The translations under genes were made by a program, and so were the position numbers. Of a DNA stretch of 4,701 nt, positions 1 to 4,701 are shown piece after piece. Each line of letters begins with the position of its first letter. Position 1 is the stretch's first letter. The DNA is from a virus (Duplodnaviria; Heunggongvirae; Uroviricota; Caudoviricetes). Below the pieces are notes generated by a model. The model made no database searches. It worked only from the letters and a program-made list of their open reading frames with translations, and had not been told where the DNA came from. The stretch lies in IMG/VR virus record IMGVR_UViG_3300023290_000109; one strand, 5' to 3'.

Positions 1-217
1 CTAACTCCTTCGTGTATTTTGCATCGAGCGCAGCAACATCACGCTGACGCATCTGTATGTCAGTAATTACCGCGTTCGCCAGCGTCAGTTCTCTGGCATT
101 TTTGTCGCGCTGGGCTTTGTAGGTAATGGCGTTATCACGGTAATGATTAACAGCCCATGACAGGCAGACGATGATGCAGATAACCAGAGCGGAGATAATC
201 GCGGTTACTCTGTTCAT
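1..217 (-). CDS. Rz: Rz-type i-spanin (inner-membrane spanin), N-terminal 72 codons; gene continues beyond the window start
   Basis: Minus-strand translation from ATG at 217..215 gives [72 protein letters not shown]..., with an N-terminal hydrophobic TM segment then a charged coiled-coil-like region, closely resembling lambda Rz as I recall it. Its ATG overlaps the endolysin stop (ATGA). Not in the ORF track because it is cut by the window edge. Confidence 0.85.
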   Translation of the reverse strand, partial: MNRVTAIISALVICIIVCLSWAVNHYRDNAITYKAQRDKNARELTLANAVITDIQMRQRDVAALDAKYTKEL

Positions 218-711
218 TGCTGACCCCACAAACAGATTTCACGCTCAATCTCACGACGAGTCATGAGACCTTTCCATTGCTTACCGCCAGCATATGTCCA
301 GCGACGTAGCTGATCACATGCGCCTTTGATATCGCCCTGGTTTATTTTGCGAAGAAGCGTCGATGTTCTGAAATTGCCAGCACCCACGTTGTAAACGAAT
401 GAGTAAAGAGCGCCGCGCATTGTTTCCGGTATATCGACTTTGATGTACGGGTTAATTTGTCTGGCGACCGTGGCAAGGTCTTTATTCAGGAGGGCTTTGC
501 ATTCTGCTTTGGTATACGTTTTACCGAGCATGATGTCTTTTCCTGTATGCCCGTGACATACAGTCCATACACCAACAATATCTTTGTATGGTATGTAGCT
601 GACACCTTCCAGACCATCGTTACCACTTGGGCCAGTGATTAACACTGATGCTATAGCAATTGCTCCGCCACCAATAGCAGCAGCAACGGCTTTTCGTAAT
701 GATGGAGGCAT
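214..711 (-). CDS. rrrD: SAR (signal-anchor-release) endolysin, T4-lysozyme-like muramidase, phage 21 R-type
   Basis: 165-aa ORF. The Gly/Ala-rich weakly hydrophobic N-terminus ([20 protein letters not shown]) is typical of a SAR domain. It is followed by the lysozyme catalytic region (..[26 protein letters not shown]..) carrying Glu, Asp and Thr in the spacing expected for the E-D-T triad. Start ATG (711..709) overlaps the holin stop (TAATG). Gene order S-R-Rz. Confidence 0.93.
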   Translation of the reverse strand: MPPSLRKAVAAAIGGGAIAIASVLITGPSGNDGLEGVSYIPYKDIVGVWTVCHGHTGKDIMLGKTYTKAECKALLNKDLATVARQINPYIKVDIPETMRGALYSFVYNVGAGNFRTSTLLRKINQGDIKGACDQLRRWTYAGGKQWKGLMTRREIEREICLWGQQ

Positions 712-926
712 TATTCACCTCTCGCAGCCTTGCGCTTATCTTCTTTAATCTTGAAATAAAGGTTTGTCAGGTACGTCAGCAGGCCAAATACCAGGCTACC
801 CAGCACACCTATTGCCGCCCACTGTGAGGGCGTGACTTTATCGAGCAACTGTAAAAACCAGTACCCGGCACTACCTGCTGAGGTACCATAGGCGACACCC
901 GTTGTTAACTTATCCATGGATTTCAT
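711..926 (-). CDS. essD: Class II holin / pinholin (phage 21 S-type) with dual-start motif
   Basis: 71-aa [13 protein letters not shown]... with two predicted TM helices and a charged C-terminus ([13 protein letters not shown]). Met1-Lys2-Ser3-Met4 is the classic dual-start arrangement (antiholin from Met1, holin from Met4). GAGGTG Shine-Dalgarno lies upstream. It is immediately upstream of, and overlapping, the SAR endolysin. Confidence 0.9.
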
Positions 927-1052
927 AACCCCACCTCGCAGACAAAGCGGGTGTAAATTAAGGGGATACTACGTATCGCAATAAAGGCAGAAACGTAACA
1001 GATTCGGAGTCAGTGAATAACTCAGGTATTGGGTTATCAGCTAATATCGAGA

Positions 1053-1088
1053 CTCAAAAAATGGAAAAACCCGCTCGACGGCGGGTTT
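1053..1088 (-). terminator. Rho-independent terminator on the minus strand, about 130 nt upstream of the holin start; candidate tR'-like late terminator
   Basis: Perfect 8-bp stem AAACCCGC (1067-1074) / GCGGGTTT (1081-1088) with a 6-nt loop. Read on the minus strand it is followed by TTTTTCCATTTTTT. The plus strand has no U-tract after the stem. Confidence 0.55.
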
Positions 1089-1243
1089 AAGCTGTGTGAC
1101 GAAGTAACCACTCTTAACAGCATAACCAATTTTTTACGTACGTAAACTACTAAATGATATTTGTGAGAATGCCACCGAGTGTTCAAAACACCACCACAAA
1201 TGCATAAGAAAACTTCAACAAATAACCAGTTAATAATTTCCAA

Positions 1244-1514
1244 TGTTATTTTTAGTTTGTTTAAATTAAGCTAAAGAATTATAGAGCACTTATAAATAAG
1301 TGCCATTAATATAAATTAGCTAATAGATTTATTTTTGTTCAGACAAGAGCCATGAATAGGATTAGATAGAAAAGGTTCAGATAAAAATAGAGATCTACTT
1401 CACAAATTAAATGAGAAACTAAAACTTACATCTTGAAATAATCACATTGATTAGATGAATATTTATCGCGCAGTGACATCATTTTTTAATAATAGTTCAA
1501 AAAAAGGGCGTACA
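1244..1514 (+). promoter_or_regulatory. AT-rich upstream regulatory / promoter region and 5' UTR of the porin gene; exact -35/-10 not resolved
   Basis: Strongly AT-rich relative to the flanking genes. TTGAAA at 1433-1438 is a possible -35 but I could not pair it with a convincing -10. AAGGG Shine-Dalgarno at 1504-1508 lies about 6 nt before the porin ATG. Contains the dyad GCACTTAT-AA-ATAAGTGC at 1286-1303. Confidence 0.35.
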
Positions 1515-2597
1515 ATGAAAAAATTAACAGTGGCAATTTCTGCTGTAGCTGCATCAGTACTGATGGCGATGTCTGCTCAGGCAGCTGAAATTTATAATAA
1601 AGACAGTAACAAGCTGGATCTATACGGGAAAGTTAATGCCAAGCACTACTTCTCCTCTAATGATGCAGATGATGGTGATACTACTTATGCCCGTCTTGGC
1701 TTCAAAGGTGAAACCCAAATCAACGATCAACTGACTGGTTTCGGTCAGTGGGAATATGAATTCAAAGGCAACCGTGCTGAATCTCAAGGTTCTTCCAAAG
1801 ACAAAACCCGTCTTGCATTTGCAGGCCTGAAATTTGGTGATTACGGCTCAATCGATTACGGCCGTAACTACGGTGTAGCATACGACATCGGTGCGTGGAC
1901 TGACGTTCTGCCAGAATTCGGTGGTGATACCTGGACCCAAACAGATGTGTTCATGACTGGTCGCACTACTGGTGTTGCAACTTATCGTAACAACGACTTC
2001 TTTGGTCTGGTCGATGGCCTGAACTTTGCTGCTCAGTATCAGGGTAAAAATGACCGCACTGACGTAACTGAAGCCAATGGTGATGGTTTCGGTTTCTCCA
2101 CTACTTATGAGTATGAAGGATTCGGCGTGGGTGCAACCTATGCTAAATCAGATCGCACTGACGGTCAGGTCGCCTATGGTAAGAGCAAATTCAATGCCTC
2201 CGGCAAAAATGCGGAAGTATGGGCTGCAGGCCTGAAATATGATGCGAACAATATCTATCTGGCTACCACATATTCTGAAACTCAGAATATGACCGTTTTT
2301 GGTAATAACCATATTGCAAACAAAGCACAAAACTTTGAAGCAGTAGCACAATATCAGTTTGACTTCGGTCTGCGTCCATCTGTTGCTTACCTTCAGTCAA
2401 AAGGTAAAGACCTTGGTGTTCATGGTGACCGAGACTTAGTCAAGTATGTCGATGTCGGTGCTACTTACTACTTTAATAAAAACATGTCCACTTTTGTTGA
2501 TTACAAAATCAACTTAATTGACGATAGTAAGTTTACCAAAACAGCTGGTATTGATACCGACGACATCGTCGCTGTAGGTCTGGTTTATCAGTTCTAA
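1515..2597 (+). CDS. nmpC: OmpC-family general diffusion porin, prophage-encoded (NmpC / Lc / OmpD-like), intact
   Basis: The track ORF starts at 1455, but the real start is the ATG at 1515 preceded by an SD: [23 protein letters not shown] | AEIYNKD... This is a 23-aa signal peptide with an AQA cleavage site, then a mature N-terminus [16 protein letters not shown] and C-terminal ...VGLVYQF ending in Phe, the hallmark of 16-strand enterobacterial porins. Conserved blocks GFGQWEYEF and [23 protein letters not shown] are present. The location between Q and the lysis genes in opposite orientation is the known position of nmpC in DLP12 and lc in PA-2. Confidence 0.93.
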   Translation: MKKLTVAISAVAASVLMAMSAQAAEIYNKDSNKLDLYGKVNAKHYFSSNDADDGDTTYARLGFKGETQINDQLTGFGQWEYEFKGNRAESQGSSKDKTRLAFAGLKFGDYGSIDYGRNYGVAYDIGAWTDVLPEFGGDTWTQTDVFMTGRTTGVATYRNNDFFGLVDGLNFAAQYQGKNDRTDVTEANGDGFGFSTTYEYEGFGVGATYAKSDRTDGQVAYGKSKFNASGKNAEVWAAGLKYDANNIYLATTYSETQNMTVFGNNHIANKAQNFEAVAQYQFDFGLRPSVAYLQSKGKDLGVHGDRDLVKYVDVGATYYFNKNMSTFVDYKINLIDDSKFTKTAGIDTDDIVAVGLVYQF

Positions 2598-2608
2598 TCT
2601 GACTTACG

Positions 2609-2648
2609 AAAAAGATATGTTGCGGGAGGCTTTGCCTCCGCAACATAT
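2609..2648. terminator. Long near-perfect hairpin; intrinsic terminator for minus-strand transcripts leaving Q, also a stem-loop in the porin 3' UTR
   Basis: ATATGTTGCGGGAGGC (2615-2630) / loop TTT / GCCTCCGCAACATAT (2634-2648), with a one-base bulge. On the minus strand the stem is followed by CTTTTTCG (the A-run at 2609-2613 on plus). On the plus strand it is followed by AAGTGGAG with no U-tract, so it is weak as a plus-strand terminator. Confidence 0.5.
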
Positions 2649-2734
2649 AAGTGGAGCCCTCAAGCCACTTCCTTTAGAAGCACTACCTTGCTTCTTACTA
2701 TATAAACCTTCTGTTATATATTACCCTTTATTTT

Positions 2735-2762
2735 GGGGGCGTTTCCACGCCCCATTTTTAAT
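2735..2762 (+). terminator. Rho-independent terminator of the porin transcript
   Basis: GC stem GGGGCG (2736-2741) / CGCCCC (2748-2753) with loop TTTCCA, followed by ATTTTTAATAACTTTT. It ends about 25 nt before the convergent Q stop codon. Confidence 0.55.
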
Positions 2763-2785
2763 AACTTTTAGTAAACAATTGCATA

Positions 2786-3169
2786 TCAATTAGAATTATT
2801 AGCAACGATATCCATATCTAACCGGATATCTAATGCCATTAACATCCCTTCAATTATGCCCTCAGCCTTCTGTAACCTTTTCCCGATATAACCATCCGAG
2901 CAGCAATGCTTACTTGCCAGTGACATGAATGTCATACCACATACATAATAATCTACTAATAAATCGTGTAAATCGCTGTTGTTCTTTTTCAGACGGGCCA
3001 TGCACCCGCAAATGATCATCGCGTCATCGTCACAACATTGCGGGCGAGATTTTACTTTTGAAGGAATTAATCCCTTAAAACCGGCGGCAATGGACGACCA
3101 GGTCACATCTTCATGATTATTAGCCGCCCACGCACCCCAACGCTCAAGAACCATCTGAATATCACGCAT
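2786..3169 (-). CDS. quuD: Late-gene antiterminator Q (quuD-like, phage 21/82-type Q family)
   Basis: [34 protein letters not shown]...[19 protein letters not shown]...[13 protein letters not shown]... Cys-rich zinc-binding-like motifs; it matches DLP12 QuuD as I recall it, in the expected position downstream of rusA/ylcG. The track ORF (132 aa) starts at a TTG at 3184. I prefer the ATG at 3169..3167 (127 aa), which has GGAG 8-9 nt upstream. Confidence 0.88.
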   Translation of the reverse strand: MRDIQMVLERWGAWAANNHEDVTWSSIAAGFKGLIPSKVKSRPQCCDDDAMIICGCMARLKKNNSDLHDLLVDYYVCGMTFMSLASKHCCSDGYIGKRLQKAEGIIEGMLMALDIRLDMDIVANNSN

Positions 3170-3254
3170 CAACTTACTCCACAAAAATCAGACCAGAACG
3201 CCAATTACAAGCAAAAATCAACAAAACAGTATTAGTTGATTGTTATCTCTGACT

Positions 3255-3395
3255 TCATACTCCTGTTCCTGTCAGGGTTTTGGCGTAATTCTTCAGTATT
3301 CGGTAATCGGTCAAAACAGAACCGAGGAAACGATATAAGCGCAGACGCCCCCAGCGGTGGCGAAGAAGTTCTGCCATATTAAACTCAAACATCAT
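3255..3395 (-). CDS. ylcG: Small protein YlcG-like (46 aa), between rusA and Q
   Basis: Not in the ORF track (too short). Minus-strand translation from ATG 3395..3393: [46 protein letters not shown], stop TGA at 3257..3255. Its start overlaps the rusA stop (ATGA). Matches the DLP12 small ORF ylcG as I recall it, in gene order and sequence. Confidence 0.7.
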   Translation of the reverse strand: MMFEFNMAELLRHRWGRLRLYRFLGSVLTDYRILKNYAKTLTGTGV

Positions 3396-3754
3396 TCATT
3401 CCCCATTTCGGTGATGGTCAGTTCCAGCCTCCCACCTTTGGTAACAGGCATCTTCACAACGCGGTAATCAACGACCTGAGCATCATCCAGCCAGAAACCT
3501 GCTTTAGTGAGTGCGTCAAAAGCGGCTTTTTGCAGATTATCCAGGTCACGGCGACGGCGATCCGGCATGTGGCACTCAATGCGGATTTTCACAGGCATAG
3601 CCAGGCCGATATCCAGCATTGCGTTTTTAATGATTCGGGCGACGTTATCGCGGTATGCCTGCCCCTCTGCGCTGACGTGCGTGCGCCCGCGATTATGGCG
3701 GTAATAGCGATTATTGCTCGGAGGCCAGGGTAATGTGATGCTGTAGGTATTCAC
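3392..3754 (-). CDS. rusA: RusA Holliday junction resolvase (crossover junction endodeoxyribonuclease)
   Basis: 120-aa [123 protein letters not shown], which I recognise as RusA. The start codon is GTG (3754..3752), overlapping the stop of the upstream ybcO-like frame (GTGA). Confidence 0.93.
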   Translation of the reverse strand: MNTYSITLPWPPSNNRYYRHNRGRTHVSAEGQAYRDNVARIIKNAMLDIGLAMPVKIRIECHMPDRRRRDLDNLQKAAFDALTKAGFWLDDAQVVDYRVVKMPVTKGGRLELTITEMGNE

Positions 3755-3879
3755 GCCTTAATAACCCCCTCTTTCAGCCACATAACCTGTGTTCTCGCCA
3801 TACCTTCCAGCGCGCATTCTTTTGCATATGCAGCATCGACTTGCTTGGCATGCCCTTTACCGGCAATCTTCTGTATGCG
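3751..3879 (-). pseudogene. ybcO: 3' remnant of ybcO (DUF1364-type nin-region gene), truncated at its 5' end; no usable start codon
   Basis: The frame ending with TGA at 3753..3751 translates ...[42 protein letters not shown]. The last ~25 residues match the C-terminus of DLP12 YbcO as I recall it. The frame is closed upstream by two in-frame TAG codons (3880-3882, 3886-3888), and the sequence upstream shows no YbcO-like N-terminal region in any frame. Confidence 0.5.
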
Positions 3880-3960
3880 CTAAACCTAGATAGAATCCAC
3901 TCTGTGCACATTGAAGCCCGCTCTATGCTTTCTTTCAGGTATTGAAGGGATTGAGATGGG

Positions 3961-4308
3961 CTAAGCATTATTGGCCTCCTGCATCAGGAGAAAGACAATC
4001 ATGGCGGCGCGGAGAGGTCTGGTATCAAATATTGGGCTTACGCCTTTTGCATCCACACACCATTCAGTTAACTGGTCTAAGATAGAAATCCTGTATTTCT
4101 CAATAATCGGCCATGAAGCGCTCGGATCATTGCAGTAGTCAGGCAAATGATTTAATGGCTCAAAAGTTGTATCAGCATTTCCGTAATACCATTTGTTGGT
4201 GTTATTCCCTGATGTTTCCGGTTTACTTGCCCAAAGGCCTTTAAAAATTATGTCTCCTACCATTCTGTTAATTTCAAAATCACTTAACTGTGAATAATCC
4301 ATTGTCAT
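3961..4308 (-). CDS. Hypothetical small nin-region phage protein (about 113-115 aa), function unknown
   Basis: The track ORF (3961..4344) begins at a GTG. I prefer ATG 4308..4306 ([21 protein letters not shown]...), which overlaps the ninE stop (ATGA), or the next ATG at 4302..4300, which lies 8 nt after a GAGGAA SD. It is a non-hydrophobic, Trp/Tyr-rich protein. My recollection is that similar proteins are annotated NinX/DUF2591-like in lambdoid nin regions, but I cannot verify the family from sequence alone. Confidence 0.75.
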   Translation of the reverse strand: MTMDYSQLSDFEINRMVGDIIFKGLWASKPETSGNNTNKWYYGNADTTFEPLNHLPDYCNDPSASWPIIEKYRISILDQLTEWCVDAKGVSPIFDTRPLRAAMIVFLLMQEANNA

Positions 4309-4481
4309 TTCCTCGCACGATATCTTAGCCACCGGATATCCCACAGGTGGGCTGTGTAATTGAAGGTTTTTACGTCAGATTCTTTTGGGATTAGCTTGCG
4401 TTTATTTCTGGAGCGTTTCGTTGGAAGGTATTTGCAGTTTTCGCAGATTATGTCGGTGATGCTTCGTCGCTGTCGTCTCAT
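4305..4481 (-). CDS. ninE: NinE-like protein (58 aa)
   Basis: [58 protein letters not shown] from ATG 4481..4479, preceded by AGGAGG with 5-nt spacing. Matches lambda/DLP12 NinE as I recall it. The track's 88-aa version adds a TTG-initiated N-terminal extension that overlaps the upstream gene and is not credible. Confidence 0.8.
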   Translation of the reverse strand: MRRQRRSITDIICENCKYLPTKRSRNKRKLIPKESDVKTFNYTAHLWDIRWLRYRARK

Positions 4482-4701
4482 GCAGCCCTCCTGACGCCCT
4501 GCCCGATCGCCATCAATGCCGCTTTGGATACGGTAGTAAACATCCGTCGAGGACTGATGAACGGTCGCCAAATCAGCAGCATGGAGCCTTTGCTGTTTCC
4601 CTTCTTCTCCAGCCCTGTCGATGGTTCGATAAAATTAATCCGTCCATCTGAACCGCCCCGGGAATCCTGGAGACTAAACTTCCTGAGAAAGAGGTAAACA
4701 G
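4478..4701 (-). CDS. 3' end of an upstream nin-region gene (possibly ybcN / Orf-NinB family), partial; runs off the window
   Basis: Open frame across the whole window edge: ...[73 protein letters not shown]. Its stop TGA (4480..4478) overlaps the ninE start (ATGA), the same coupling pattern seen through the rest of the operon. The family name is inferred from DLP12 gene order only. Confidence 0.5.
   Translation of the reverse strand, partial: VYLFLRKFSLQDSRGGSDGRINFIEPSTGLEKKGNSKGSMLLIWRPFISPRRMFTTVSKAALMAIGQGVRRAA

Larger units (their letters stand above)
2598..2762 (+). ncRNA. ipeX: Structured porin 3' UTR; positional equivalent of the IpeX porin-inhibitory RNA described downstream of nmpC/lc
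   Basis: About 165 nt between the porin stop and a plus-strand intrinsic terminator. It holds four stem-loops: 2615-2648 (15-16 bp arms), 2649-2670 (AAGTGG / CCACTT), 2676-2693 (GAAGCA / TGCTTC) and 2736-2753 (GGGGCG / CGCCCC followed by ATTTTTA). Assignment is by position and structure only; I cannot verify sequence identity to published ipeX. Confidence 0.35.

Noticed and set aside
457-642. 61-aa ORF on the plus strand
   Set aside because: Lies entirely antisense within the well-supported endolysin gene; no RBS and no recognisable features.
927-1052. Sigma-E-type or sigma70 late promoter directly upstream of the holin
   Set aside because: No convincing -35/-10 pair found by eye. Left as an open question, not annotated.
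1037-1243. 68-aa ORF on the minus strand
   Set aside because: Spans the terminator hairpin and AT-rich intergenic DNA; low-complexity Cys/Val-rich translation, no SD. Most likely a chance ORF.
1352-1462. Direct repeat of GATTAGAT (1360-1367 and 1449-1456) with nearby ATGAATA repeats
   Set aside because: Short repeats in a strongly AT-rich segment are expected by chance; no regular spacing or array structure.
1455-1514. N-terminal extension of the porin ORF ([20 protein letters not shown])
   Set aside because: The signal peptide begins at the ATG at 1515, which has its own SD. The extension is untranslated leader read in frame.
2148-2351. 67-aa ORF on the minus strand
   Set aside because: Antisense inside the porin gene; no support.
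1515-2597. IS5-type insertion in the porin gene, as in K-12 nmpC
   Set aside because: The reading frame is continuous through to the C-terminal Phe. No inverted repeats, target duplication or transposase ORF are present.
3170-3184. TTG start giving a 132-aa Q
   Set aside because: The ATG at 3169 with GGAG upstream gives the 127-aa form; TTG is a less likely initiator. Not excluded without N-terminal data.
3507-3733. Two overlapping plus-strand ORFs (65 and 67 aa)
   Set aside because: Both are antisense within rusA; the Arg-rich translations look like a GC-content artefact.
3774-3968. 64-aa ORF on the minus strand
   Set aside because: Out of frame with, and overlapping, the ybcO remnant and the junction region. 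No SD and no resemblance to YbcO or any protein I recognise. It may only reflect the absence of stops across the junction.
4482-4571. TTG-initiated 30-codon extension of ninE (88-aa track ORF)
   Set aside because: The extension overlaps the 3' end of the upstream gene in another frame. The internal ATG at 4481 has a strong AGGAGG SD and gives the canonical NinE length.

Overview
This window reads as the nin / late-regulatory / lysis segment of a lambdoid prophage (DLP12-, phage 21-, PA-2-like) from an enterobacterium; I see no evidence of a wholly new system. Minus-strand order from high to low coordinates: 3' end of an upstream nin-region gene, ninE, a small hypothetical protein, a 3' remnant of ybcO, rusA (Holliday junction resolvase), ylcG, Q antiterminator (quuD-like), then an oppositely oriented plus-strand OmpC-family porin 'moron' (NmpC/Lc-like, intact), then pinholin S, SAR endolysin R and the 5' part of spanin Rz. 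All calls rest on reading the translations and on recalled family knowledge; no database search was run. No tRNA, rRNA, CRISPR array or IS element was seen. The points most worth follow-up are: (1) a mosaic junction where the 5' part of ybcO is replaced by an unrelated small gene while the ybcO 3' end and its overlap with rusA are kept; (2) the structured porin 3' UTR, which sits where the IpeX porin-inhibitory RNA has been described; (3) two minus-strand terminators plus the antisense porin gene lying between Q and the lysis cassette; (4) two perfect dyad symmetries in the AT-rich region between the porin and the holin.
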